Sequence record: OL960577.1
Origin: Escherichia phage vB_EcoM_SA35RD
Direction: 5' to 3' (one strand)
Length of the DNA: 64,000 nucleotides
The notes below the pieces were generated by a model. That model did not search any database and was not told where the DNA came from. It saw only the letters and a program-made list of their open reading frames with translations. Positions 39,052-50,858 of the stretch are shown one piece after another. The translations under genes were made by a program, and so were the position numbers. Numbering within the stretch: the stretch's first letter is position 1; each line of letters begins with the position of its first letter.

Positions 39052-39305
39052 TACATGTCCTCTGCAATAATTTCTTCGTATTCTTTAGGAGTCAAGACCG
39101 TGATATTAAAATAAACCAACGGTTCTTTTTCTATACCGAATCCACCACAGAATTCACGATATTCATAAATTCGTTCATGTGAATAACAAATGAATCGTTC
39201 ACCTTTAACTGTGATTTCACTATTTGGTGAAGGGATATCCAGTTCACTTGGATTTTTCATTTCAAAAATTGTGGTGCCATATGAATTAATAAAACGTAAA
39301 ATCAT
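39051..39305 (-). CDS. Hypothetical protein (84 aa)
   Basis: ORF between td and nrdA.1-like; position as T4 nrdA.2. Confidence 0.55.
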   Translation of the reverse strand: MILRFINSYGTTIFEMKNPSELDIPSPNSEITVKGERFICYSHERIYEYREFCGGFGIEKEPLVYFNITVLTPKEYEEIIAEDM

Positions 39306-39306
39306 T

Positions 39307-40992
<1,686 letters not shown>

Positions 40993-40994
40993 AA

Positions 40995-41243
40995 TTATTT
41001 CCTCAGATTTTTCTTAACAACTTTCCAATCAGCTTTAAACGATTCAACATCAGAGTGGTGAATCCAGAATCCTGCGCTTTCACCATCTTCGTAGAGTGGA
41101 CATCCATCACATTCTTCGTTCCAACCCATTTCACGTAAAGCTTCTTCAGCTTGTTCAAGGAGTTCAGCGTCTTTACCAACTATGTTAAAGTACCATTTAC
41201 CTCTAACTTCAGAATCTTTGATGCTCTGGCGTTGCAATCTCAT
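40995..41243 (-). CDS. Hypothetical protein (82 aa)
   Basis: ORF in frd-32 intergenic cluster. Confidence 0.55.
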   Translation of the reverse strand: MRLQRQSIKDSEVRGKWYFNIVGKDAELLEQAEEALREMGWNEECDGCPLYEDGESAGFWIHHSDVESFKADWKVVKKNLRK

Positions 41244-41307
41244 TTTATTCTCCGCTTCACTTTTGATTTGATAGGGCTACTATAACATAACCCTATCCGA
41301 TTGTACA

Positions 41308-41712
41308 CTACTTTTTAAAAGTTTTTTGCAAAAGTTTGATGATTTCGTCGACGTTGGTTTCATCTACGATACAATGGATTTTTGTTACACCTAAAGTTAT
41401 ACCTTCGTTAGTAGGTTGAGGCTTTACTAAATCTACCTCAGTAAAGTACTCAATAAAGTATTTGAACTCGTCAGGATAAATCTCAAAATAAGTTTCAATT
41501 TCACCACCGGCAGAACATACAGTACCATCTTCCATAGTTACACTTACTACGTTTGACGTATCGCTATCATAATCAGGTTCCATTCCGTTTACAACAAAAC
41601 TAGGCCCGTGGAGTTCAATCAATTTTAACATCTTAGCGTTATTATGTGGTGCTTCTTGAACAAAGTCGTCTTTAAATAAAGGGTTAATGATATAAGATTT
41701 TCCGATTTCCAT
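41308..41712 (-). CDS. Hypothetical protein (134 aa)
   Basis: ORF with own early promoter and SD (GAGGAAATCAAA-ATG). Confidence 0.6.
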   Translation of the reverse strand: MEIGKSYIINPLFKDDFVQEAPHNNAKMLKLIELHGPSFVVNGMEPDYDSDTSNVVSVTMEDGTVCSAGGEIETYFEIYPDEFKYFIEYFTEVDLVKPQPTNEGITLGVTKIHCIVDETNVDEIIKLLQKTFKK

Positions 41713-41741
41713 TTTGATTTCCTCATGTTGTTGATAGGTCT

Positions 41742-41770
41742 ATATTAACACATCTAGGGAAGAAGTAAAC
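41742..41770 (-). promoter_or_regulatory. T4-type early promoter
   Basis: GTTTAC, 17 nt, TAATAT. Confidence 0.5.
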
Positions 41771-41801
41771 AACTTTTTCGGCAATTTACAGATACTCAAA
41801 A

Positions 41802-41819
41802 GGGAGACCGAAGTCTCCC
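41802..41819 (-). terminator. Intrinsic terminator after gene 32
   Basis: GGGAGACUUCGGUCUCCC followed by UUUUG on the minus transcript. Confidence 0.65.
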
Positions 41820-41825
41820 GATTTA

Positions 41826-42728
41826 TTATAGACCAGCTAACAGGTCATCGAGGTCGCCATCATCTGAAGATGAGGTAGAGCTCATGAAGTCATCTTCAGT
41901 TTTTGCAGAACTAAAGGCTTCCATGTCTTTATCAAAATCGTCAAGGTCAGAAGCAACTTTATCTGCAACAGAAGCTGCGGCAGCTGCTGCACCACCAAGA
42001 GCAGCAGTACCAAGAACCTTAGCGAAAGATTCATTTAATTTTTCAAAGGATTTGAACTGGTCTTTAGCCGTCAAAGTAGTAAGGTCTACCATCTGATCAT
42101 ATAGTTCTTTCTGGAATGCTTCGTCATTAATACGAGGAATTTCAGATTGACCTAAGAATTTAGATTCATCGTAGTTGCTAAAACCGGAAACCTGCTTAGC
42201 TTTCAGAACGAAGTTAGCACCTTCAAACGGACAAGTAACATCAACTGGAGTTTCACCCATTTCGGTATCAACAGCAATCATTGCATTGATTTTGTCCCAA
42301 ATCTTTTTACCGAAACGATATTTAAATACTTTACCTTCGTTATCTGGAGCTTGAGGGTCTTTAACAACCAGAATATTAGCCCAATAAGAAGTTTTACGTT
42401 TCAGTTGAGAATATTCAGTTTTGTTGGTATTGTACAGGTCATTTTTACTAATGTACTGACATACAGGACAAGAGTCGTAATCACCATGTGTAGAAGAGCA
42501 ATTTTCAATATACCATTTACCATTTTTCTTGAAACCGTGGTTAACAAGAATTGCAAATGGTAGTGCATCATCAGTTTTTGCTGGCAAGAAACGAATTACC
42601 GCTTGACCATTACCTGATGCATCTAGCTTCAGCTTCCATTCGCCTTTATCTTCTGAAGAGAAACCTTTGTTACCGTTCAGTTTAGCCATTTGAGCAGCGA
42701 GGTCAGCAGTAGATTTACGTTTAAACAT
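41826..42728 (-). CDS. 32: Single-stranded DNA-binding protein gp32
   Basis: 300 aa; [36 protein letters not shown]; zinc-binding Cys/His region; acidic C-terminus. Confidence 0.95.
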   Translation of the reverse strand: MFKRKSTADLAAQMAKLNGNKGFSSEDKGEWKLKLDASGNGQAVIRFLPAKTDDALPFAILVNHGFKKNGKWYIENCSSTHGDYDSCPVCQYISKNDLYNTNKTEYSQLKRKTSYWANILVVKDPQAPDNEGKVFKYRFGKKIWDKINAMIAVDTEMGETPVDVTCPFEGANFVLKAKQVSGFSNYDESKFLGQSEIPRINDEAFQKELYDQMVDLTTLTAKDQFKSFEKLNESFAKVLGTAALGGAAAAAASVADKVASDLDDFDKDMEAFSSAKTEDDFMSSTSSSDDGDLDDLLAGL

Positions 42729-42815
42729 TATATTTACCTTTATTTAGATTATTTAATTTATTTACAGTTGGTTGCTACGACACTTATACCTCGTAGCTGG
42801 TATAATTTATTTATA
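42729..42815 (-). promoter_or_regulatory. Gene 32 5' leader: late promoter, hairpin/pseudoknot and A/U-rich translational operator
   Basis: Minus strand TATAAATA (42808-42815), stem GCUACGA/UCGUAGC (42774-42797), then unstructured AAAUAAAUUAAAUAAUCUAAAUAAAGGUAAAUAUA-AUG. Confidence 0.6.
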
Positions 42816-42844
42816 AAGTAATTTTAACACACAAGAAATAAAGC

Positions 42845-43498
42845 TTAATACTTACATGATTTGATTGTTTCTATGAACAATTTCTTAGCAACATTTCCAT
42901 CGATTTGAAGTATTTTTCGATATGCCTTTAATTTGGTAGAATAATTTTGCCAGACTAAGTTATCGGTGAGTTCGTCGTGCTTATCTATAATATTCAAAAA
43001 TGAGTCCAACAATAAGAAAGTTTCAAACGAAATTATATTGCTTTGTAGCAATTTAAATATGTAGCTCGACTGAACGTTGTTATTATAATCAAATATCTCT
43101 TGAAGCGCACTAACTTCAACTTTCTTACTGAAATAGTAGATGTTACGTACGTCTTCAGCAAACGTCTCTTTAGCTTGTTTGAGACGTCCAATATATTCCC
43201 TATAGAAAACTAATGCATCAGCGTCTGATATCTCACCAATCCATGCGTCTTGGTTAGCAACTAAGTTGCTTATGAATATCAAGGTGAGTTCCTTCAATTT
43301 ATATTTCTCTGCTAGTTTTTCAAAGAAATATTTATCTCGGCGTTTTTGATACGCATTATCCGAAACACGCATGCACCAGTTATATTTGATTACGTCATAC
43401 CGACCACCAAAGTGGTTTTTGCACATCAAGTATAGTTTATATACTGATTTACCATTAATATAACGTTCTCCATCAGGAGGCATGCGTATTTTAATCAT
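42845..43498 (-). CDS. 59: Helicase loader gp59
   Basis: 217 aa (same as T4 gp59); N-terminus MIKIRMPPDGERYINGKSVYKLYLMCKNHFGGRYD. Confidence 0.9.
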   Translation of the reverse strand: MIKIRMPPDGERYINGKSVYKLYLMCKNHFGGRYDVIKYNWCMRVSDNAYQKRRDKYFFEKLAEKYKLKELTLIFISNLVANQDAWIGEISDADALVFYREYIGRLKQAKETFAEDVRNIYYFSKKVEVSALQEIFDYNNNVQSSYIFKLLQSNIISFETFLLLDSFLNIIDKHDELTDNLVWQNYSTKLKAYRKILQIDGNVAKKLFIETIKSCKY

Positions 43499-44174
43499 AG
43501 TTCCATCCAGGCCATTTTGAAGATTTAAGTCTATATGTAACTAAAGACGCAGAAATATTAAAAACATTTGAAACTTCTTTACACGAGGCGTATTTTATAC
43601 CATCAATAATTATAGGTTTTTGTTTTTTAATAGTTCTTTCTTTAGAATGCGGCTTTGAATTTGCTATTCTAAGAGCTTCTTTGGTTGAATCAGGCATCGG
43701 CTTATTCGTTTTTCGCCCTTTTCGGACTTTACTCAAGGCCAATTTGTGAGCTTCAGATAGTTTCTTACCCTTATTAGGTGACGGTATTTTTCTTTCTAGT
43801 CTTGTTTTAGATACTTTAGCCTTAGTCTCTTCAGATCTAGGTTTACCTAATTTAGAAAGTGAAATAGACCTTTTAGCTTCATCACTTTGTTTTTTACCAG
43901 GACCACCTTTACCACCGGGAACTAAGTTATAAGTATCATCTCGCAAAACAAAATCTTCATTAACCAATTCTGCTTCTTTTTTATAGGCGTCCTTGTCATT
44001 ATCATATTCATAAAGAATTTCGGTATAAAAATTTTTTAGTCCATATTTAGCTTTGGCCGCTAATATAGCGCGGCCTGATCCAATATACCAATCTTTCTCT
44101 TTATGTTTTTTGTGTACGCCTATATAAATTTTACCATTTATTTTATTGGTAGTTTTATACACAACGTATTTCAT
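43491..44174 (-). CDS. GIY-YIG homing endonuclease (Seg-like), free-standing
   Basis: 227 aa; canonical N-terminal GIY-YIG (YVVYKTTNKINGKIYIGVH…R…E…N) and basic C-terminal DNA-binding region; overlaps ends of genes 59 and 33. Confidence 0.85.
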   Translation of the reverse strand: MKYVVYKTTNKINGKIYIGVHKKHKEKDWYIGSGRAILAAKAKYGLKNFYTEILYEYDNDKDAYKKEAELVNEDFVLRDDTYNLVPGGKGGPGKKQSDEAKRSISLSKLGKPRSEETKAKVSKTRLERKIPSPNKGKKLSEAHKLALSKVRKGRKTNKPMPDSTKEALRIANSKPHSKERTIKKQKPIIIDGIKYASCKEVSNVFNISASLVTYRLKSSKWPGWNYD

Positions 44175-44509
44175 AATAAGAAATCTAACGTATTAGTTTT
44201 TTCACCACGAGCAACTGATGGGCGAAGCATGTTTTCGTCAATTGCTTCGCTTGTAATTTTTTCAACAATTCCTGTAGGAATAAATTTAGCAAATTGTGTT
44301 TCTGGAATAGAATTTTCTTCCAAGAAAGCAGTTGTTGCTTCTAAATAAGACATACCAAATTGTTCAACCATGGATTCGATAATGAATCCGTTTTCTTGTC
44401 GGTCAAGTAATTTAGCGATATCATCTTTATCGTGTTTTACTGCTAATTCTTGTTCAGATAAACCGGCCTCATCAACCGGTTTAATATCACTTAGTGAAAA
44501 CTGTGTCAT
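44171..44509 (-). CDS. 33: Late transcription accessory protein gp33
   Basis: 112 aa (as T4 gp33); C-terminus …NTLDFLL. Confidence 0.9.
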   Translation of the reverse strand: MTQFSLSDIKPVDEAGLSEQELAVKHDKDDIAKLLDRQENGFIIESMVEQFGMSYLEATTAFLEENSIPETQFAKFIPTGIVEKITSEAIDENMLRPSVARGEKTNTLDFLL

Positions 44510-44756
44510 AAAGCTCGACTACCTCTTCGTTTTCAGCTTCAAATTGATCACGAGCGTCTTTATGATAAAGAGCTAACAAACGATTAAACATTTTTCCATC
44601 GACGCCAAGCTCTTCTTTAGCACGAGTACGAATGTCTTTAATCAGTTCATTATAACCAGAAATTTTAAGTTTGTTATCGGAAGCTTCCTTGACTAGTTTA
44701 GCCAGTTCTTCACCATGCACATCTTGATTAAATTCAACTGCTTCTTTCTTAGCCAT
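44487..44756 (-). CDS. dsbA: Double-stranded DNA-binding protein DsbA
   Basis: 89 aa from MAKKEAVE… with SD GAGGT (T4 DsbA 89 aa); upstream Met rejected. Confidence 0.75.
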   Translation of the reverse strand: MAKKEAVEFNQDVHGEELAKLVKEASDNKLKISGYNELIKDIRTRAKEELGVDGKMFNRLLALYHKDARDQFEAENEEVVELYDTVFTK

Positions 44757-44763
44757 GTTTACC

Positions 44764-45681
44764 TCAGAATTCATTAATTACACTTGTTAATTTAGAAAGA
44801 CCGGATTTTACAAAGTATGAATAAATCTTGCCTTTAGGTTGTTGTTTATACGAGTTATAATACTCTATAATGGTTGAAGCAATATTATCAGGGATATAAT
44901 CAAAATCAATGAGAACCAAATTTTCTTGATACCGTTTATATTCTTCTGCACTTAATAATACTTCAGCTTGAGAACGGTCGTTAGCAATTGCTTCAATAAT
45001 TGATGTTTTCATGCTTGGAGTTCGTTCACCTTCAACTCGAGTAAACCAGAAGTCACCACGAACTCGAACAGATGCAACACCATCCTTACGGTCACCTTTA
45101 AGAATTTTAGTCATGCAATCAATTTCAGCAGAACCGTTCTTAATTTTAACCCATTTTTTCTGTGGTGGCGACCACTGTTTAACGTTAGGATATTTGTGTA
45201 ATTGTGTAAAGTCACCATCTGATGCAACAATACATACCTTATGTCCAGCTAATGACAAATATTTAGTTAATACACCGATATGGTCATCCGCTTCATACTT
45301 GTCAATATCCATTACAACGTATGGCATGTATTTCTTAATCTCATCAACAACTTGATGGAGTGCAGTAAAATATCCTTCCCAATCCCACTTTGAAGCTTCA
45401 CGATCGGTTTTACGATTTTTCTTGTAATAGTAAGCAAAATCACGTCGCCAATAACCTGAAGTAGCATTATCCATACACAATACAAATTTTGTATAGCCTT
45501 GCTTACGGAACAACACGACGTTTTTACGAATTGAATTCAAGATTACATGGCGAACCATTGGAACAGTAATTTTATCACCGTCTTCAAAGTTGTTTAATGC
45601 GGCTGCCAACGCAATGTTACTAAAGTCGGCAAGTGCAATACCTTCTTTGTAATCTTCATCCAACATCATTTCTAAATCCAT
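44764..45681 (-). CDS. rnh: RNase H (5'-3' exonuclease / flap endonuclease)
   Basis: 305 aa (same as T4 RNase H); acidic catalytic clusters (DGDF, DDHIGVL). Confidence 0.9.
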   Translation of the reverse strand: MDLEMMLDEDYKEGIALADFSNIALAAALNNFEDGDKITVPMVRHVILNSIRKNVVLFRKQGYTKFVLCMDNATSGYWRRDFAYYYKKNRKTDREASKWDWEGYFTALHQVVDEIKKYMPYVVMDIDKYEADDHIGVLTKYLSLAGHKVCIVASDGDFTQLHKYPNVKQWSPPQKKWVKIKNGSAEIDCMTKILKGDRKDGVASVRVRGDFWFTRVEGERTPSMKTSIIEAIANDRSQAEVLLSAEEYKRYQENLVLIDFDYIPDNIASTIIEYYNSYKQQPKGKIYSYFVKSGLSKLTSVINEF

Positions 45682-45713
45682 ATGAACCTCTTGTTCAGTT
45701 AGTCAACTTGTCT

Positions 45714-45743
45714 ATAGTAACACACTCATTTGAAAGCGTAAAC
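45714..45743 (-). promoter_or_regulatory. T4-type early promoter for rnh
   Basis: GTTTAC, 18 nt, TACTAT. Confidence 0.5.
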
Positions 45744-45746
45744 TGG

Positions 45747-45754
45747 TATAAATA
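45747..45754 (+). promoter_or_regulatory. Late promoter (TATAAATA) for gene 34
   Basis: Exact TATAAATA about 30 nt upstream of gp34 ATG. Confidence 0.6.
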
Positions 45755-45784
45755 AGTATTATTGAAACAATAAAGGAAAAACGA

Positions 45785-48700
45785 ATGGCCGACATCAAAC
45801 GTAAGTTCAGAGCCGAAGACGGTCTGGACGCCGGTGGCGACAAGATTGTTAACGTAGCATTAGCCGACCGTACAGTAGGTACTGATGGCGTAAACGTTGA
45901 CTTCCTGGTACAAGAAAACACCGTTCAAGTATATGATTCTACGCGTGGATATAACAAAGGATTTGTTGTTCTTTATGACAACCGTTTATATCAAGCAATA
46001 AATGATATCGTGTCTCCTTCCGGGGCATTTAACCTTTTACAATGGCGTGCAGTTCGTACCGATGCACAATGGATAACTGTAGCTTCTGGGACTTATCAAC
46101 TTTCTTCAGGTGAATCGATTTCGGTTAACACTGGTGCCGGCAATGATATGGTTTTCACGTTGCCAAATGCGCCGGTTGATGGTGACACTATTGTTTTGGC
46201 TGATATTGGTGGAAGAACCGGGGCGGTTAAAGTACAGATTAACGCGTCTGTGCAGAGTATTTTAAACTTTAGAGGCGAACAAGTTCGTACAGTTTTAATG
46301 ACGCGTCCGCGTTCACAACTAGTGTTTGTGTTTAGTAATCGTTTGTGGCAGATGTATATCATTGATTACGGTAAAGAATCAATCACTGTTACACCTGCTA
46401 CACCATATCAAGCGCAAGCAAACGATTTTATTGTTCTTCGTTTTACTAGTGCAGCACCAATCAACATTACACTTCCACGTAATGCTAACAATGGTGATAT
46501 AATCAGCCTAGTTGATTTAGATAAATTAAACCCACTGTATCATACGATTATTAAAACATTTGATGATACAACGTCTATTGGCGAAGTCGGGACTCATATC
46601 GTCGAAGGTAGAACTTCTTCTGACGCGTTTTTTGTTTTTGATGCTGCAAATAGTTTATGGCGTATATGGGAAGGCGACCAGAAATCACGTCTTCGTATTA
46701 TCCGTACAGATTCAAATATTCGCCCAAATGAAGAAGTTCTTATTTTTGGTACAAATAACGCTACAGCAGAAACTATTAACCTTACGCTTCCTACAGGAAT
46801 TTTGACCGGTGACACTGTTAAAATTTCAATGAACTACATGCGTAAAGGCCAAACAGTAAAAATTAAAGCTGCCGAAGGTGATACAATTGCTTCTTCTGTT
46901 GCATTGCTTCAGTTCCCTAAACGTTCTGAATATCCACCTGATGCTCAATGGGTTTCTGTTACTGAATTGGAATTCAATGGTACTAATTCATATGTTCCTG
47001 TATTAGAATTAGCATATATTGAAGACACCGTTGCTGGTACACGTTATTGGGTTGTGCAACAGAATGTCCCTACAGTAGAACGTGTTGATGCTGGAACTGA
47101 TGCTACACGAGCTCGTTTAGGTGTTATTGCTCTTGCTACTCAAGCGCAAGCAAATGTTGATTTAGAGAATACTCCAGCTAAAGAAGTTGCTATTACTCCT
47201 GAAACGTTGGCAAATCGTACAGCAACTGAATCTCGACGTGGTATCGCTAAAATTGCTACAACGGCACAAGTTAATCAGAATTCCACAGCAGAATTTGTGG
47301 ACGATACTATTGTTACGCCTAAAAAACTAAATGAGCGTACAGCAACTGAAACTCGTCGCGGTCTTGCTGAAATTGCTACTCAGACTGAAACCGATGCTGG
47401 TCTTGATGACACAACGATTATTACACCTAAGAAATTGCAGGCACGTCAGGGTTCTGAAACACTATCGGGTATAGTTAAATATGTATCAACTACTTCTGCT
47501 ACTCCTGCTGAAACTCGTGGGGCCGCAGGCACTAACGTTTATAATAAAACCGTAAATAATTTAACTATTTCTCCTAAAGCCCTTGACCAATATAAGGCAA
47601 CTTATGCACAACAAGGTGCAGTAATTTTAGCTGTTGATAGTGAAGTAATTGCTGGTCAATCACAAGCAGGTTATTCTCACGCTGTAGTAACTCCTGAAAC
47701 ACTGCATAAGAAAACTTCTACTGATGGGCGTATTGGTTTAATTGAAATTGCTACGCAAACAGAAACTAATGCTGGGACTGATTATACGCGGGCAGTAACG
47801 CCTAAGACGTTAAATGATAGGAAAGCTACGGAAGGATTATCCGGCATAGCCGAACTTGCTACGCAAGTTGAATTTGATACTGGAACTGATGATACTCGTA
47901 TCTCGACTCCACTGAAAATTAAAACTCATTTTGATTCTTCTGACCGTACCAGTGTTAATTCTGATTCCGGACTTATTGAAGAAGGAACCTTGTGGAACCA
48001 TTATACTCTTGATATTTCTAAAGCAAATGAAACACAACGTGGTACACTTCGCGTAGCGACTCAGGCAGAATCTAATGCAGGAACTTTAGATGATGTTCTT
48101 ATTACTCCTAAAAAGCTTTTAGGGACTAAGTCCACTGAAACGTCTGAAGGTGTAATTAAGGTTGCTACTCGGGCTGAAACTGTAACAGGAACTTCTGCTA
48201 ATACTGCTGTATCGCCTAAGAATTTAAAATGGATTGTCCAGAATGAACCAACATGGGCTGCTACTACGGCAATTCGTGGATTCGTTAAAACTTCATCCGG
48301 TTCTATTACATTCGTTGGTAATGATACAGTTGGTTCAACACAACCTTTAGAATCATATGAAAAAAATAGCTATGCTATATCTCCATATGAATTAAACCGT
48401 GTACTTGCTAACTATTTGCCATTAAAAGCAAAAGCTGCTGACGCAAATTTATTAGATGGCATAGATTCATCTCAGTTCATTCGTAGGGATATTGCACAGA
48501 CGGTTAATGGTTCACTAACCTTAACGAAACAAACTAATCTGAGTGCCCCTCTTGTATCATCTAGTACTGCTACGTTTGGTGGGTCAGTTTCGGCAAATAG
48601 TACATTAACTATTTCTAATACTGAAACGGCAACTCGTCTGATTTTTGAGAAAGGACCTCAAACTGGAACTAATCCAGCACAGACGATGACTATCAGAGTT

Positions 48701-49660
48701 TGGGGAAATCAGTTTGGTGGCGGATCAGATACAACACGTTCTACTGTATTTGAAGTTGGTGATGAAACGTCTAATCATTTTTATTCTCAACGTAATAAAG
48801 ATGGGAATATAGCGTTTAGCATTAATGGTACTGTGATGCCAATAAACATTAATGCTTCTGGTTTGATGAATGTTAATGGCGTTGCAACATTCGGTCGTTC
48901 AGTTACTGCTAATGGCGAATTCATTAGTAAGTCTGCAAATGCTTTCAGAGCAATTAGTGGTGATTACGGATTCTTTATTCATAATGACGCTGCTAATACC
49001 TATTTTATGCTCACTGCATCAGGCGATCAGACTGGCGGATTTAATGGATTACGTCCTTTAGCTATTAATAATGCATCCGGCCAAGTAACGATTGGTGAAG
49101 GTTTAATCATTGCCAAAGGTGCTACTATAAATTCTGGCGGTTTAACTGTTAACTCGAGAATTCGTTCTCAGGGTTCTAAAACTGCTGATTTATACACTCG
49201 TGCTCCTACTGCTGATACAGTCGGATTCTGGTCAATCGATATTAACGATTCAGCCACTTATAACCAGTTCCCGGGTTATTTTAAAATGGTTGAAAAAACT
49301 AATGAAGTGTCTGGACTTCCATACTTAGAACGCGGTGAAGAAGTTAAATCTCCTGGTACATTGACCCAGTTTGGTAATACACTTGATTCGCTTTACCAAG
49401 ATTGGATTACTTATCCAACAACTCCAGAAGCACGTACAACCCGTTGGACTCGTACATGGCAGAAAACTAAAAATTCTTGGTCAAGTTTTGTTCAGGTATT
49501 TGATGGCGGAAACCCTCCTCAACCTTCTGATATTGGTGCTTTACCTTCTGATAATGCAACAATCGGAAACTTGACAATAAGGGATTTCTTAAGGATTGGT
49601 AATGTCCGCATTATTCCAGACCCTGTGAATAAATCTGTTAAATTCGAGTGGATTGAATAA
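45785..49660 (+). CDS. 34: Long tail fibre proximal subunit gp34
   Basis: 1291 aa (T4 gp34 1289 aa); first gene of the 34-38 tail fibre block. Confidence 0.9.
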   Translation: MADIKRKFRAEDGLDAGGDKIVNVALADRTVGTDGVNVDFLVQENTVQVYDSTRGYNKGFVVLYDNRLYQAINDIVSPSGAFNLLQWRAVRTDAQWITVASGTYQLSSGESISVNTGAGNDMVFTLPNAPVDGDTIVLADIGGRTGAVKVQINASVQSILNFRGEQVRTVLMTRPRSQLVFVFSNRLWQMYIIDYGKESITVTPATPYQAQANDFIVLRFTSAAPINITLPRNANNGDIISLVDLDKLNPLYHTIIKTFDDTTSIGEVGTHIVEGRTSSDAFFVFDAANSLWRIWEGDQKSRLRIIRTDSNIRPNEEVLIFGTNNATAETINLTLPTGILTGDTVKISMNYMRKGQTVKIKAAEGDTIASSVALLQFPKRSEYPPDAQWVSVTELEFNGTNSYVPVLELAYIEDTVAGTRYWVVQQNVPTVERVDAGTDATRARLGVIALATQAQANVDLENTPAKEVAITPETLANRTATESRRGIAKIATTAQVNQNSTAEFVDDTIVTPKKLNERTATETRRGLAEIATQTETDAGLDDTTIITPKKLQARQGSETLSGIVKYVSTTSATPAETRGAAGTNVYNKTVNNLTISPKALDQYKATYAQQGAVILAVDSEVIAGQSQAGYSHAVVTPETLHKKTSTDGRIGLIEIATQTETNAGTDYTRAVTPKTLNDRKATEGLSGIAELATQVEFDTGTDDTRISTPLKIKTHFDSSDRTSVNSDSGLIEEGTLWNHYTLDISKANETQRGTLRVATQAESNAGTLDDVLITPKKLLGTKSTETSEGVIKVATRAETVTGTSANTAVSPKNLKWIVQNEPTWAATTAIRGFVKTSSGSITFVGNDTVGSTQPLESYEKNSYAISPYELNRVLANYLPLKAKAADANLLDGIDSSQFIRRDIAQTVNGSLTLTKQTNLSAPLVSSSTATFGGSVSANSTLTISNTETATRLIFEKGPQTGTNPAQTMTIRVWGNQFGGGSDTTRSTVFEVGDETSNHFYSQRNKDGNIAFSINGTVMPININASGLMNVNGVATFGRSVTANGEFISKSANAFRAISGDYGFFIHNDAANTYFMLTASGDQTGGFNGLRPLAINNASGQVTIGEGLIIAKGATINSGGLTVNSRIRSQGSKTADLYTRAPTADTVGFWSIDINDSATYNQFPGYFKMVEKTNEVSGLPYLERGEEVKSPGTLTQFGNTLDSLYQDWITYPTTPEARTTRWTRTWQKTKNSWSSFVQVFDGGNPPQPSDIGALPSDNATIGNLTIRDFLRIGNVRIIPDPVNKSVKFEWIE

Positions 49661-49668
49661 GAGGTATT

Positions 49669-50796
49669 ATGGAAAAATTTATGGCTAAGTTTGGACAAGG
49701 ATACGTCCAAACGCCATTTTTATCGGAAAGCAATTCAGTACGATTTAAATTAAGCATAGCGGGCTCTTGTCCGCTATCAACATCTCCTGCTTATATTAAG
49801 TTCCAGGATAATCCACTTGGGTCCCAGGTTTTTTCTGTTGGATTAAACGTTCGTGTAATAAATCCTACAACAGGTGCAGTAGTTGAATCTAAGTCATATA
49901 ATTTCTCTACTGAAAACGACGCCACGTCAAGTGCATTTGTTACTTTCATGGACACATACGCTTCAAATTTTATATTTGCTCTTGTTACTAACGCTAAAAC
50001 AAACTTTCCGCCAGAAGTTCTTGCATGGTTTACCAAAGCTGGGAGTTCTGCTATTCCATTAGCTCAACAAGTTTTAAATATAGTGGACATTTCTTATTCG
50101 GCATTTTATATTTCTGGTAAGAATGCTATAGCGCTAGAACATATTAAGTATAGTAATAAGAAAACTTCAACCGACTATAGTACACCACTTGATGTTGTGT
50201 ACGACACGATCGATGATATTGGTGCGACCGGCTTCCCTAGACGTACGTATGAATCGACAGACACATTTTTATCTGCTGTTGGAGGTACTAATAACGAAAT
50301 TAAAAGGATGCCTACAACGTCCATTATTACACCTCTCGCTGGGTATAAATTGAAGCCTGGAGATTTCCTTTATATGAAATTCCAACTAATGGCTGATGCC
50401 GATTTGTTAGCACAAGGGACGACACGACTTTCTATTCGTTTCTTTAAATCTCCTTCTACTTCACCTATTTCATTTAAGGATACAAACTTTGATGGGGCTG
50501 CAGGTGAATGGAAGATATATGAAGACTACATAGAAATTCCTGCTGGTGCTGACGGGTTCACGATTTATTGTTATCGTACAGCTCCAGTCGGGCAAGGTGG
50601 ATTAAGAAACGTTATATTCACTGAAGTATCATGTAATGGAAGCGTTTCAAAACCTGCTGAGTTTGGTATAAATGGTATTCGTGTAAATTATGTTTCAGAA
50701 TCTTTAAGTGCTCCAGACATAATGACATTACCTACTCAATCTTCAACTGATACTGGTAAGGTATTTGGACAAGAATTTAAAGAAGCATCAGAATAA
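49669..50796 (+). CDS. 35: Long tail fibre hinge protein gp35
   Basis: 375 aa (T4 gp35 372 aa); position between 34 and 36. Confidence 0.85.
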   Translation: MEKFMAKFGQGYVQTPFLSESNSVRFKLSIAGSCPLSTSPAYIKFQDNPLGSQVFSVGLNVRVINPTTGAVVESKSYNFSTENDATSSAFVTFMDTYASNFIFALVTNAKTNFPPEVLAWFTKAGSSAIPLAQQVLNIVDISYSAFYISGKNAIALEHIKYSNKKTSTDYSTPLDVVYDTIDDIGATGFPRRTYESTDTFLSAVGGTNNEIKRMPTTSIITPLAGYKLKPGDFLYMKFQLMADADLLAQGTTRLSIRFFKSPSTSPISFKDTNFDGAAGEWKIYEDYIEIPAGADGFTIYCYRTAPVGQGGLRNVIFTEVSCNGSVSKPAEFGINGIRVNYVSESLSAPDIMTLPTQSSTDTGKVFGQEFKEASE

Positions 50797-50801
50797 ATTT
50801 A

Positions 50802-50819
50802 GGGAGACTTCGGTCTCCC
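50802..50819 (+). terminator. Intrinsic terminator after gene 35
   Basis: gggagaCTTCGgtctccc + aTTTTTg; identical to the post-gene-23 hairpin. Confidence 0.65.
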
Positions 50820-50826
50820 ATTTTTG

Positions 50827-50834
50827 TATAAATA
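50827..50834 (+). promoter_or_regulatory. Late promoter (TATAAATA) for gene 36
   Basis: Exact TATAAATA about 25 nt upstream of gp36 ATG. Confidence 0.6.
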
Positions 50835-50858
50835 TGGTATACATATAAGGAGACAACT

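Noticed and set aside
46096-46362. Antisense or alternative-frame ORFs inside large genes (for example 46096-46362, 53116-53475, 20690-21007, 36856-37161, 34192-34716)
   Set aside because: Fully embedded in well-supported genes (gp34, gp37, alt, nrdA, rnlA) with no start signals; typical shadow ORFs.
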